A DNA stretch of 64,000 bases. Origin: Vicugna vicugna (Eukaryota). Location: contig MU058213.1 in the NCBI GenBank assembly GCA_013265495.1, positions 4,798,854 to 4,862,853 of the forward strand, read 5' to 3'. Shown piece by piece: positions 13,456-26,678 of this stretch (within the stretch, counting starts at the first letter, position 1; each line of letters begins with the position of its first letter). The position numbers and the translations under genes were made by a program. The notes under the pieces are model-generated. The model was not told the DNA's origin and made no database searches. It saw nothing but the letters and a program-made list of their open reading frames with translations.

Positions 13456-14864
13456 TGGAGAGAGATGAGGGGATAGGGGAAATTCAGACTTGGGTTTGAA
13501 CCAGAGAAATTCGGTGTCCCAAATAGCGCTGACATTCTACCACTTTATGAGTAAGATAGGAATGAATGAATGAATATCCAGGTTGTTTGAACTTATCTGG
13601 CGCAATGGAAACTTGGGTAGGCCAGAAAGAGAAAATAACCTTTATCTGCCATGCGGGCGCCGTATTTTTACTCACAGAGATGGGCACGATCTTAGAGGCC
13701 ATTAGACTGTTGGGCTTGTGACCCTCTCTTGAGGCCGTGACTACTTATAATTACTTGTGAATATTTTTAACTTTCTTGTGGGACTTCAAACTCTTTAATG
13801 AGGCACTGTGCCTCATTTACCTTGTATCTTTATTGAATGTAGACAATCGATGGGGAGTGCTTACATACAATGAATAAGTTAATTGTCTTTCCTTCTCCCC
13901 TGACATTGGATGGCTCAGAGAGGTTGTGACTTCCCTCAGGCCAAACAGCTAGTGAGGGGCTGCCCTGGGACTGCGTTGCCACTCAGTTCTGCCTCCAGCC
14001 TTCCTTCAGCATGGGCCACTCTCAGTTGGGATGTCTCAGTACCCGTGATAGCACTGCATTAAGCCTCTGCCTAAGGACACACAGTTCAGGACGCTCTGAG
14101 TGTTTGGTCAGGGGTCTGGCAAATGGCAGCGTTCCCTAGACGGGAGGTCAGTTACTCCTCGGAGCCTGGCTGGAATGCTCTATCAAAGCTGGGGTCGGGA
14201 GAATCCGCCAAGCTCTCTGAATCCTCAATAGTAGGTCAGTAGGAGCCCTGGCGAGGACCTCGCCTCACTCCTGCAGCGCTGGCCCTACAGGTGGGCCACA
14301 TCTGTGAATAATATCCAAGGCAGCTTCTCAAACTTGTGGGTCGTCCAGGCTGGTGTGGGTATCTCGGAGGTCAGGTTGGTGTGCCAAGTCTGCAGAGTCA
14401 GAGTCCCTGGGCAAAGCAGTGCTTGTGGTCTGGTAAATGGGAGTCAGTGACTTGGATGGGGGTGGGAGAGTGGCCTTTGGTAAGATGGGGCGTGAAGGAC
14501 AATCTGGAGCCCAGGGCAGAAGGCCAGCAGAGGGCTGGGCCCTCTGTGTCCATGGGGCGCAGCTCCCCTGCCCCAGGGCTCGCTCAGGGCAGGCAGAGTA
14601 AAGGGCTTAGAGTGGGGGCAGGGTGGGTATGTCACTCCCTGAGCAGCTGCCACCTGTGCCCGCATTGTGCTGGCTGCTCCCACGGACGCTCTCCTACGAG
14701 CCCTTGTGGACACTGTGAGTTGGGCACAGTATTGCGTCCCCATTTTGTAGAGCAGGAAGTGGAGGTTCTAGTCCCACAGCTGGTATGTGACCAAAGCAGG
14801 GTGAAGATAGTGGGGAGGGTCACTGCAGTCACCGGTGCTTCCTTAGGGCACACCGCCTGCCTGG

Positions 14865-15060
14865 CCACACACTGCACACTTTAATCCCCCACCCCTACTG
14901 CTCACGCCCCTGTGTAGTGAGTAATATAATTGCTGTTTCAGAGTTGAGGGAATTGAAGAAGTAAAGGGTAATTGACTAGCTCAGAGTCACATGGCTAGTA
15001 GTGGGTCAAGTCAGGATTTGAACACAAGTCTGCCTGACTCTGGAAGCCGTGCTCTTTCCT
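14865..15060 (-). mobile_element. MIR SINE (one representative; further fragments near 8550, 12320, 14720, 26230, 34690, 48330, 50040, 55950, 57360)
   Basis: tcagagtcacatggctagtagtgggtcaagtcaggatttgaacacaagtctgcctgactc is the antisense MIR core/tRNA region. Confidence 0.8.
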
Positions 15061-15174
15061 TGTCACAGCTCCGTTGGCTCTTTGGGACGAAGTCTGTGAT
15101 GTACTCAGGGTTTTGTTCTCAGTGGACCAGGGGTGGGTGAGCGGAACCTCTAAGTATAGGTCTTCCCATGATGT

Positions 15175-15520
15175 GGTAGGCTAGATCATGCTGTAATAAC
15201 ACAATCTTACGTAGCTTAACTAAGAAAAGCTTATCTCTTGCCCACGTTTCATTTCTCATGTGGGTCACGGTGGCGTGCGGTGCAGGTCGCTTTGCTCATC
15301 AGAGTCACTGGGGGACCCTGGCATCTGTGATGGCTGCTGCAGAGGAAATGGTGGATGGTGACTCACTAGCTGGCTCTCAGAGTTTGGACCTGGCTAGGGC
15401 ACGTGTTATTTGTACTCACATTTAATAGGCTAAGGCTAGTCATATGGCCATACCTGACTTCAAGGAGACAGGCAAGCACAACCGTACATGTGCCCGGAGG
15501 GGAGAAGCACCAGTGACCAC
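15175..15520. mobile_element. Old MaLR LTR fragment (MLT1J/K/L-like)
   Basis: taggctagatcatgctgtaataaca...ctcacatttaataggctaaggctagtcatatggccatacctgacttcaagg resembles older MLT1 LTRs. Confidence 0.65.
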
Positions 15521-17671
15521 CATGGTGATTTTATGGGGCCTCAACGGTAGGTGCCCAAAATGACCTTTTTAAAAAAAACCAGTGGGACCTGGTCCTCAAG
15601 TGGTCCTGGGGTAGGTCTTTGATCAGACTTGGTGACGCCATCCCTCCCCTCTTCTCTGCCAGCTCTTCTGAGAGGGAAGGTGACATTTGTCTTTCTCTTC
15701 ATTCAGAAACGGAGGGCCTGAGTGAGAGTCGTGCCAGCAGCCCTGGCTGGGAAACAATTAGACCAACGGGATGGAGGCCAAAAAGTCACTGTGCCTCCTC
15801 CAGGGCCTTTGTCTAGAAGGAAATCTGTGATTTATGTTCTATAACTTCTGGGCGGTACATACTGATTCCTTCCTGGACACTGCTGTTTATATAGTGACTA
15901 GTGTTTTGACACTTGGCACTGTCATCTTTCATTTCTCTTGATCCATGCAGTGAGTGATCTATAATACCACCTCTGTTTTTCAAAAAAACCAAACTGTGAT
16001 TCAGAGAAATGGTGACTTGGACAAAGCCTCAGAGTAGGCAGGTACCCCTCCCTGGATCTGGGCATTACTCTTTCTGGCCCTGCCCCCTTTGCCTGCAGGT
16101 AGAGCTAGCTGCTGACCCCAGCAGGCTGGCTTGCAAGGAGAAGCCCGGAGACCATGCATGGGCTTTGCAGGAGCCCAGTCTGCCCAACTCTGCCCCAGGG
16201 AACAGCCTACATCCTTGAAGGAGGAAATAAATAAAGGTCAGCCTTGTCATATATCATAACCCTGGAGATTGTGGGACCAGCTTCAAAGCTTGGTGAGAGT
16301 ATTGGCCCAGCCTCTTCCCTCCCAAACACAAGGTCGTCCTGATTTTCTTTCTCCAGAGCCTGTTAGCATTGTTATTGCAGCCATGGAGGTAGGGGGATGA
16401 AGGGAAAAGTTGACAATTTCCTGCCTGGAAAATGGTCTAATTCGGGGGTGCAAAGAGGTGCTCATGGGAGTGGTCATCAGACTGAAAGCTCTTGGTCTGA
16501 GAATTTCTTTTTAAATATTTTGAATGACATGATTTCTACGACTTAGGGCCGATCGTCTCAGCATTTACAGAAGCATGGTAGCACGATGGGAAAGTTGAAG
16601 GATCAGCTTTGGGAAATGACAAGATTTCTGAGAAGGGAATGGTAGTGGTGTGTACTTGATTAGGCCCCGCTGGCTTCACACTGAGCCTTTGGTTTATCTT
16701 GGAGGGGTCCCTGCAGCTCCCCAGTAGGCAATGCCCTGGAGAACCTGCTTGTTTATCGTCTGTCTTCAGAAATCCTGTTCAACCTGTTGGGTGTGTGTGT
16801 GCTGACAGCAAGCTGATTTTAACCATTTATGAAACTGAGCTGTCAGGGACAGTGAACCTAACTGGGTATCTGAGCCCTGCTTTTTTCCTGTCCCCACCTC
16901 CCAGTGTTTTCCTGGTGATGCAGAACTCTGGACTCCTGTCTCTGTTTGGGTGGAGTCCCTTCCGCCAGCCGGCAGCTCCTTGAAGGGTTGACTGCACTGC
17001 AGGAGGATGTTGGGTTTTATAAACACCTTTGACGTGCTGGTCACAGGATTAGTGGGAACTGTGGCCCTCATGGTGAGGGAAATGGTGTCTTACAGATGGG
17101 AGGCTCTTTTGATCTGGACACTGAAATGACCCAGAAACACTGGGGTAATTTTTTGTGAGAATTTTTGAAGGAGTAGTGTTAAAAAAAAAAAAAAAAAAGA
17201 ATGGCAGAAGCGTAGTTAAAAGTCTGTACCCCAGGGCTCTGTTTCAGAGAAGCCCTTGAAGCGCTGTTTTCGTGATACAATTGCATGTTCCTTTTCTCCC
17301 ACTTTAAAGCAGAATGAGTGTGTGGACGTTGCTGAAGCCTCACTGGGCAGGTGTGGGTCTTCCTCTCCCCTCTGGCTGATGGTGGGCAGTTTTCCCTGGA
17401 GCTGCTGCCCTCCTCGGGAGAACCTGGTAGCTCACAGCGGAGATCAGAGGCGGAAGTCAGAGAACTCAGTTCAGACCCTGGTTTATGACTTTGGGCTGCA
17501 TGACCTTGTATGTAGCTGTCATCAGTTGTCATCATCTTACCGTGTGCCTGAGACATTGCCGCATGCTTAGCAGAACGTCTCCATTCATCGCTAGCACAAC
17601 GGGGAAAACCAAGGCTTAGAGACAAGCAAGCAGGACCACTTCAGGTCCTGCAGCTCCAGGGCCTGAACGAT

Positions 17672-17945
17672 TTTTGTTTTGTTTTTATTGAGGTAACATT
17701 CACAGAACATAAAATTCCCTGTTTTCAGCATTTTAAAGTGTACAATTCACTGATGTTTATATATTCACAAGGTTGGGCAACCACCACCACCATGCAAGTC
17801 CTAAACCCATCAATCACCCCCAAACGAAGCCCCTTACATCCCAACTTCCCCCTTCCCCAGTCCCCTGGCAACCACCAGTTCACTGTCTTGCTCTGTGAAT
17901 TTGCCTAGTGTAGATGTTGCATGTCAGTGGCATCGTACCATGTGT
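17672..17945 (-). mobile_element. Old LINE-1 3' end fragment (L1MA/MB-like)
   Basis: T-rich start then tttattgaggtaacattcaca...ttttaaagtgtacaattca...atattcacaaggttgggcaaccacc...ccccagtcccctggcaaccacc. Confidence 0.82.
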
Positions 17946-18997
17946 TAAGGCCTGAATAGTTATTGAGTATGTTGCCTCGTGGGGATATTGCTTGACATTT
18001 TTGTGTGCAGAGTATTTTTTACCCTAGGTATTTTTATCCCCATGTAGAATATCTGTAGGTTTGTTGTGTGGCTTAAATGAGAACCTTTGTCAAATGTGTT
18101 GTCTGAGTAGACTTCTGAAGTATTTTATTAGCACAACTTTTGTCTTGAACCTGTGTTTGAATTACAGGCCACTCTGAGGCGAAATCTTACTGGTTTTTTA
18201 ACTATTTAAAGGGAATTAAATATTGACTTACTTCACAAGGACATTATGAAGAAAACCAATGATATTTTTAGCCTATATAATCACCTCGTTACTCCAGGAA
18301 AAACTGGGTAATTTAATATAATTAAAAGGGAGTATCTTTTAGGTGGTTTTTAAGCAGGGAAATTACCACCAGGGCTTTGAAAAAACAGGATGTAAGCAAA
18401 ATCTTCCTTAAGCCTCATAGTTCCAACTCGGTGAGTTCTGGCAGGTTGGTGACTGTGGAGAGAGAATGAGCTGGTAATGCTTTGTTCCATGGCAGGAAGT
18501 CGGTCTTTGGATGTAGTCCTTACTTCAAGATGCCATGGCAGGACCGGTGGTAAAATCATCTGAGTTTAGCTGACAGCATTTGAAAATGAAATTTAAGTAC
18601 GATGTTGAAGGAGTAAAGGCTCTAGAATTCTTAGTTTAATGATTGCCGAATACTACCCAGTTTCTTCAAGTTCGTGCTGGAATCCCAGACTTTACAGCTG
18701 GCAGGGACATTGAAATCAGCTAGACTGACCATTTCCCGTTACAGAGGAGGGGACTGAAGGCACGTGGAAGTTAAATGACTTGCCTGAAGCCGTCGTTTCG
18801 TAAATTATTAGCAGAGTCTGGGAAACGGAATACTGACCTCCACTGTGTTTTGGCTTTGGAATCACCTTTCGTTGGAAATATGTGGAATTTTGGTCATGAG
18901 TATTCTCTGTGTCTTTACTATTTCCCTGACCACGTTCATTCCCTTCTTCCCATGCACTGCCCCCATCCACAAACAAACAAATAAAAAGAGCTTACAT

Positions 18998-19152
18998 GGG
19001 GGCAGGTTCTAGCTCAAGTGGTAGAGCGCATGCTTAGTGTGCACGAAGTCCTGGGTTCAATCCCCAGTACTTCTTCTAAACATAAACCTAATTACTTCCC
19101 CCCAATAATATAAATAGATAGATAGATAAATAAATAAAGCAAGCAAGCAAGC
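18998..19152 (+). mobile_element. Camelid tRNA-derived SINE (vic-1 type)
   Basis: ggggcaggttctagctcaagtggtagagcgcatgcttagtgtgcacgaagtcctgggttcaatccccagtac (A and B boxes), then aaacctaattac and a tail of AGAT/AAAT/AAGC repeats. TSD only partial. Confidence 0.9.
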
Positions 19153-19699
19153 TTATCAATGAGATAACTGTAACCTGTTCAGTTCTGAACTACAAGTATG
19201 TTGGGAAGGAATGGTGTTGACATTTGGGAAGTACACTGAGAGAAGTTTTGGAAACTCTGATGTAGCTCTTAGAGAAGGGGCTTTAAAAGGATGTTTTTCA
19301 ATGGCTCAATCCCAGTTTCACCAAAATGGTTGTACGTGGGCAGTCAAAAAGAAGGAAGGAGAAACCCATCACTTCACATTGGTACAGGGACTTCAGCTTT
19401 TTGAAGCTTATGTAACTCTTTTGGAGGGCGGGGATTATCTGACCCATTTAGAGCCAGTTTTACCTGTTACACTTTTTTAAAGATGTGAATTGACTTTGGA
19501 GGGGTCATGGATTTGTGTAGGTCACAGTGTGAGCTGGCTGCACAGCCTGCTGTGGCCCCCAAGCCTCCTGATACCCTGTCCTGGGCACTGGAGTCATCCC
19601 AAGAAGCATAAAGGGCTAGGAGTGTGGGGACCGGAGCTGCTGACGTCTGCGGGAGGGCCCTGAGGTCTGAGGGCCTCTCTTCAGTCCTCACAGGAGGAC

Positions 19700-19842
19700 C
19701 CACATACCAGTGCTGCTGGCACTGCCTGGGACCTTGTTAGAAGTACAGAGCTCCGGCCCTGCTCTGGGCTTCCCAAGTCAAAATGAGCATTTACAGAGAT
19801 CCCCAGGGGAGTCCCATGCTCATTAAAGCAAGAAGTTCTGGC
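19700..19842. mobile_element. MER5-type hAT-Charlie MITE, degenerate
   Basis: cctgggaccttgttagaagtacagagctccggccc...gcatttacagagatccccaggg resembles MER5A/B; similar copies near 27445-27625 and 30670-30850. Confidence 0.6.
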
Positions 19843-21984
19843 TTAGAAGCCTCATGCCAGTCAAGTTCACAGGTAACTAGAGGAAGCGATGAAGTGAGCA
19901 ACTTGTGACTAAAAGATGCTGTTTCTGTTCCTAAATAGTTTACTGTTGCTCAGGTGAGGGGGATGCTGAAGACCTAACACAGGGGACCTGGCTCTCCACA
20001 CATTTAGACTGAGAAAGGGACTAGTTGTTTGTGACCAGGTTCTCACAGTGGACGTGAAAGTGGGTATCCACAGCCGTGACGGTGAGAAGGTGGTGACCTG
20101 GCCTCGGGGACCACCAGCAGAGGTCCTGCAGGCTCACTCACTGGGATGTGGGGGCGGCCAGTGACGTGGAACCAACGAGCCAACATTCCATTCCCTGGAT
20201 TCCCGGCTTCCACGCCTCAGCTGTTTTCCTCACTCAGCAAAAACGGGAGACAGAAAAGAAACAAAGGGGGCTGCAGCAGAGGCCTTGTTAATTAGTAAAA
20301 TCTGATGTGTGTGTGTGTTGGGTCTGCGCTGGGACGGGCTGGGAGGGCCTCCTCCCATACGGTTGCTTTTTATCCCCTGGGAGCGAGTCTGTCTGAGGTG
20401 TCCAGTCTGTGCTCCTGCAGGGAAAGTGCAGCAACACCTTTGGGTCAGGAAAAACACTCAGATGTCAGCATTTGTGGCATTATTGTGGAATTTTGTGCTT
20501 GTCATGGATAAACATTTCCCCTGGCCCCAGGCGACAGTGTGAACATTTCTAACTGTGGGCGTTAACTCATGAAAATGTGCCAGCTTCTAAGCAAGTCATT
20601 ATTTGCAGTGAATGGCAGTACCAGGCAAAGACTAGGGTTTTGCTGTTTTTTGGTTTGTTTGTTTGTTTTTGTTTTGGTTATAACAATTAGACATTCCGCC
20701 TCTAACCCCCCTTTTTAAATCAGTAACTGGAGCATATGGTTAAAAGTCAATTATTTTAGAAGTAGTGGAAATGTAACAATTCAGCACGTTGAAACATGCT
20801 GTTTGTCTGTTTTGGAAGAATTTTCTTAGTTGCCATCTGTTTGCCAGACCATCCTCAATTGGGAAATTGAGCTAAATTGTTAATGAATTAGCCAACCACG
20901 AAACCTGACTTGCCCTTAAAATAAAAAGGGATCATGTAATTTGGGTGGTACAGTTGCCCTGGAAAGACTGTTAGAAGATCTCGATTCTCTCTTTTGAGAA
21001 ATCCAGGCTTGATACTGAGCTGGTCAGAATGTACAGGTGATAGTGTGAAGCCAAGTCTGAGGATTTAGAACCACAGCCGGTGAGCTGGGCAAAATCCTGA
21101 CCTTTTGGGAAGTACATGTGGGTTTTTGTCCTGGTCATAATAGCAGTAGCAGCCACAAGAGCCGTCGCCTCATTTAACTGGATGTTTACAGTGGTGTGGG
21201 CAGGTGACCTGTTCCCTGTCTACAGATAAGGAGACGAAGGTTCTGCGGGGCCAGGCCCAGTGAAGGGCCCCTGAAGGAGGCACAGTCTGGATTTGAGTCT
21301 AATCTGGTTGACTAACTGCAGGACATCCCGCTCCTTTCTCTACACTCTTAGATGCGCATTTTTAAAATTAAAACTGGGAGTGCCATTCTTGAGATGATGT
21401 ATGTCTGTGTTACTCAGGCTACGATGTGTGTGTGTGTGCTGGGTGGATGGGGACGAGAGTGCTTGGCAAAGCTTCAGGGTGAAAGTGGTCCGTCTTCCCG
21501 GAACAGCAAGGACACAGTATCATAATACGAAAAGAACCATGGAGTGGAATGAAAGTTACACTGTTGACTGCAACGTGTACGTGCGTTTTTGATGGAGATA
21601 TCCCAAGCCTTGAAAGCAGTTCTGTGCAGTCCCTTGGGTGTCTCTTGTCACCCTGCATTGGACTTCTCTTCCTTAGGATTTGCTTGGGTGGAAAATTTGG
21701 AGAAGCACTCATGTAAATGCAAGTCCTGGGCCATCTGGGCCTTTTCCACTCTCCCAGCTATATGTGGTGAAAAGGAATTTCTTAACTCTGTAAACCAGTG
21801 TGGGAGAGTTGGCGCTCTGCTCTGTTTGTGCAGCTGCTCCCTGGCTCCCACTCTGCTCTCTTTCATGGCCCAGAAGTATCCGCGGATGTTCTGGGGAGGG
21901 GTTTCTGGAGGCTGGAGGAGGTGAGAACTGGGCTGGGCAGGTGGTTGTCCTTCGGTGCCTGTGGCCATTGGTGGTCTTTTCAAA

Positions 21985-22610
21985 GGAAATGTATATTAAT
22001 TTAAACATTTTTATTATTCCTTGAATTTCCATACTTCAAAATTTAAAACTTATATAAGAGGGTTCAAAATGGAACAACTCGCTCCGCTTCTTTCCATAGC
22101 CCCAGTTCCCTTCCTCACAGCCAGCCAGCGTGACCAGTTTCTTGTGTATCCAAGTAAATGCGTATTTATCCCCATCACCTTCTTTTTATACAAACAGAAG
22201 CACGCCACGTGTACTGCTACTCTGTTCCTTGCATTTTCCTCACTTAATCTTGTTCCTTTTTTCCCCCAGCTGCATGGGATATCATTGAACTGATGTAACT
22301 TATATAACAAGTGCTTGACTAATGGACATTTGGTGTTTTTCAGTCCTTTGTTATTTAGTACTGCAATGATAATCATGCTTATTTGCGCACATGCGGCATC
22401 AGGGCTAGAAGAGTATTTGCTGGGTCGAAGGGAAGGTACGTTACAGTCCTGATTGATTCTACCCTGTGGCCCTCCAGGAGCTCTTACCAGTTTCTAGCCC
22501 TGCCAACGGGGGATGAGAGAGCTTGTTTCCTTACACCACTTACGCTGTTACCCGGCCTTTTGACCTTGGCTGCCTGATAGGTGAAGAAATTATCTCGGGG
22601 AGATTTTAAA
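21985..22610 (-). mobile_element. Very old LINE-1 fragment (L1ME-like)
   Basis: Degenerate antisense L1 3' motifs (aatggacatttggtgttttt; ttgctgggtcgaagg; gatgagagagcttgtttcc). Confidence 0.55.
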
Positions 22611-23909
22611 GGATGGTCCAGTCTTGAAAAACAAGAGAACAGAGCACATTTGCTGCATTGTGGCGATGACCTAGCACGGTGTTCCCAGCCTTTCGGAGTG
22701 GAATTCGGAGTTGATTTTTGTTAACTCTTTCTGACTGCTTGTATGAGCAAAGAACAGTCAAGGTAGTAAAAGGCAAATCCATGTGATCTTTCTACAAGTA
22801 GATACTCTGTAGGGGGTATGATGTGGCTAAATGAGTTGTTAGAAACTGTGCACTCTTTGGTTCTATTTGATGGAACTTCCTCCCTAAGACTGTGTGACAT
22901 ACAAGACTTAAGATCAGAGAATCACAGAAACGAAGTACTAGCAGCTTAAGTGAGGTCAGCAGTGTTTGTCCCCAGCGATCTATCAGAGAGGCTCTTTACC
23001 AGCTCTGGTCCAGGGGGAGTGCTGCTGCCCTTGCCACAGCCATGAGATACAAACCTAAGCACTTGGAAGAGATGGAGCACAGATCATGGTTGAGTGTTGG
23101 AAGGGCTTTTGGAGTTCTCGAGAAGCCACAGAGAAGAACTTGCATGCAGGACTTGCCTTGAACAAAGGGATGTGATTTTTACTCTTTTAGATTCCAGCAC
23201 TGCTACAGGCAAATTAGATATGGTTTTGGGAAAAGCAACTTTATCCTGTGGGTTTTATCTAAAATAATGTACTGGGGGAGGGAGTGTTTTAGGTAGGGGG
23301 TGGTAGAGGGCAGGAACAGGGGAGAGGCTCTAGAAAGGTTGGCCAATGGAGGCTTAAGTTAAATTTATTTGTAAGCATCATGTGGTCTACCATACTATGA
23401 AGACAGAGAAGAACTATCATTTTACACATAGTCAGATCAGGACTAAGTATCTAGGGGAACGTCCAAGTTCCCCTAGAGTCACACTTAGCCTGTGAAACTG
23501 AGAGCTAGGATCAGAGCAGACCCCTGCCGGCCAGAAGCTGAGGGATAACCTGCAGGTCCACCCTCCTGGCCCAGATGGACTCAGGCTGTGCCCCGCAACT
23601 TTCGAACAGAGGAAATGCCAGATTCTAAACATCAAAACACAGCGCAGGGTCCTTTATCTAGCATGTCAGGGTGCCAGGTTGGCCCAAGTCCAGCTTAAGC
23701 CAGATCTGGTTTTCAGAATCTTGTACTTCCTGAGATTTCTGGGTGGAGGAAGGATCACTGCCTGCACTTGGGAGAGTTCTTCACTTTACTAGAAGATCTA
23801 GGCAGATGTCTTTAGTCTCTTCCTCTCATTAGTGCCTTGGCAGAGCTCAGATCTTCAGCCCCTCCGTCTGACTCAGGCTCCAGGCTTCCTTGGTCTCCCC
23901 CCTCCCCCC

Positions 23910-25315
23910 CTTTTTTTAGACCAGCTGTGTTGAGATACATAACATAGAATTCAACTAAAATGCAAAAGCATTGGATTTTAGTGTTTCCAGAGTTCTGGAA
24001 CTATCACTACAGTTAACTTTAGAACATTTTCATCACCCCAAAAAGAAACCCTGTGCCCTTTCGCCATCATCTCCCAGTCTTCCCATTCCCCTCAGCCCCA
24101 CGCAGCCACCAATCTACTTTCCATCTCTATATATTTGCCTATTCCAGATATTTTATATAAATGTCAATACGTGGCCTTCTATGAATGACTTTTTTCACTT
24201 AGCGTGTTTTCAGGCTTCATCCCCGCTGTAGCAGGTATCAGTATTTCATTCCTTTTTAGAGCCAAATAATATTCCATCATACAGACAGACAGGCCATGTT
24301 TTGTTTAGCCATTTACCAGCTGATGAGCATTTGGGTTGTTGCTGCTTTTTGGCTACCATGAATAACGCTGCTGTGGGATTTTGTTTTTGCAAGATTTTGT
24401 GTGGCCATAAGTTTTCATTTCTCCAATTAGGACTGGAATTGCTGGATCTTATGATGACTCTGTTTCACATTTTGAGGAACTGTCAAGCTGTTTTCCAAAG
24501 TGGCTGCACCATTTTGCATTCTCACCAGCAATGTATGAGGGTTCTGATTTCTCTCTACCTTCCCCAACCTGTGCTGTTACCTGTCTTTTGGGTATAGCCA
24601 TCCTAGTGGGTGTGAAGTGGCTCATTATGACTTTGATTTACATTTTTCTAATAAGTAGTGATGTTGAATGTCTTCTCAGGTGCTTATTGGACTTTTCTGT
24701 GTCTTCTTTGAAAGATGTCTATTCGGATCCTTTGCCCATTTAAAAAATTGAATTATCTTTTTAATATTGAGTTGAAGAATTCTTTGTAGAGTCTAGATAT
24801 GGGTCCTTCATCAGATACGTGATGTGTAAATATATTCTCTCATTCTGTGGGTTGTCTTTTCACCTTCTCGTTGGTATCAATAGCGGCACAAAAGGCTTTA
24901 ATTTGGATGAAATCTAATTTATCTTTTTTCCTTTTGTCACTTGCGCTTTTGATGTTGTATCTAAGGAGCCTTGCCGAACCCAAGCTCATGCTATTTACTC
25001 CTGTGTTTTCTTTTAGGAGAGTTTTGTAGTTTTAGATCTTGTTTGAGTCTATGGTCCATGTTGAGTTAGTTTTTACGTGTGGGTGTGGTGTAAGGAAGGG
25101 GTCTGATTCCGTTCCTTTGCCTGTGGACGTCCAGTTATCCCGGCACCATTTGTTGAAGACTCTTCTTTCCCCATTGCATTGTCTTGGCTCCTTTGTTGAA
25201 AATCTGCTGATATTGTAAATGTTGGGTTTATTTTTAGACTCTCAGTCCTGTCCAGCTGAACTACGTGTGTCCGTACACCAGCACCACAATGTCTAGACAA
25301 CTGTAGCTTTGTAAT
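23910..25315 (-). mobile_element. Old LINE-1 (L1MB-like) 3' end, about 1.4 kb
   Basis: T run, then tttagaacattttcatcaccccaaaaagaaaccc, ttttccaaagtggctgcaccattttgcattctcaccagcaatgtatgagg, gcaccatttgttgaagact and ctgtagctttgtaa. Confidence 0.9.
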
Positions 25316-26377
25316 CTCTTATCTCTTAATGAGGGAGTTAGGAAAGGGTTGGCAATCTGGACTTTCCTCTTTCTTTCATTGGTAAGATCAGTTACTGAAT
25401 TTTTTAGATTCCTCCTCAGGCTTTCAGCCACACTTTATTTCTCCTCATTCATCTTGCTGGTTCCAGTGGGAAATGATATCCAAGGAGTTCTGAGAAATCC
25501 CAGCTGTTGGGCACCTTAGTGTTCTCGTAGCAGTGCCAGTTAACCATGTTCTGACTCAGTAGCTTGATTCTGAGGAGTTTTCCCAGATGCATAGAATTAA
25601 ACATTTGGGTTGTGAAAGATGCTCTGGTTTATGAAACTCTGTAATTGGTGAAGTTCAAGATATATAACTTACTGTACTGTTAAAAGATTTAAAGCTCTTT
25701 ATGAAAGGCTATGCAAGGAAGCAATTCCAGTGGATAGCTTTCCCCCGTGGGCCATGACGTAGCCTTCGAAGCCAAATCGTGCCCTCCCTGGGCCTCCCTT
25801 ACCTCCCAGGCACCTGCCCTGCTGTTTCGTGAGCGTTGGGTTTATTGGTATTGGCATTTTTGCAGTAAGGGGAAAATGGAAGACGAGGGGTCTGCCGGGA
25901 AAGGTGGGACTCTGGACCGCCTCACTTGTTGTTACTCTAAGTTGCAGAGCCAAAAGATAAAAACACCTGTGTGACATCTGGAATTAACAGTAATCATCCT
26001 GTAATTTTTGCCATTTCTTTCCTTTGCAGGTAATAGTACCTAGAGCTGGCACTATGAACTGTGTCATAATTTAAGCAAATTTTAACTTCTGTTTTGTATT
26101 GGACATTTAAAAAATCTCTAAGCAGAAATTGCCCTTCATCAGGAGCTTCTCCCAATGTGGGGAGGGGTCAGGGAAGTGAACTCACCAGAAGGCAGTGGTT
26201 TACCAGAACAGATTCCGGATTGGGTCTGCCTGAGTGCATTTCCTCCTAGTGAACGTGGACAAGTTCCTCAGTCTACCCAAGGCTCAGTTACTTCGTCTTT
26301 AAAATGGTGATAAGAATAGTACCCACCTCCAAGAGTTATTAAAAGGTTGACATTTCATGTCACGGACTTAACATAGG

Positions 26378-26565
26378 CAAAGGAGGACAAGCTTTTTGTG
26401 TAGAGCGCCAGACAGTAAATGTTTCAGCCTTTGGCCACAAGTCCTGACACTGCTGATGCAGCACAAAAGTGGTCATAGACAGCGTGCCTGCGTCCCAGTA
26501 AGACTTTATTTTAATAACGGTGGCGGGCCGGGCTGGGCCTGCAGGCCGTGGTGTGCCGATCCCTG
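26378..26565. mobile_element. MER58A-like hAT-Charlie MITE
   Basis: gccagacagtaaatgtttcagcctttggcc...ccagtaagactttattt...gggcctgcaggccgtggtgtgccgatccctg. Confidence 0.75.
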
Positions 26566-26678
26566 GCTTAGCACGGGGCCCAGCACGGAGTGGTTTGAGT
26601 AAACGTCAGCCATCCTTGAAGCTAGGGGCTGCACTTTATCCCTGGTTCCCACACTCACCTGCTCCGTGTCTTGAACAG

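Noticed and set aside
18998..19070. tRNA-like sequence
   Set aside because: Head of a SINE followed by SINE body and tail; not a tRNA gene. The same applies to 7237-7310.
22990..23375. Possible old LTR fragment
   Set aside because: Resemblance too vague to assign a family or boundaries without a search.
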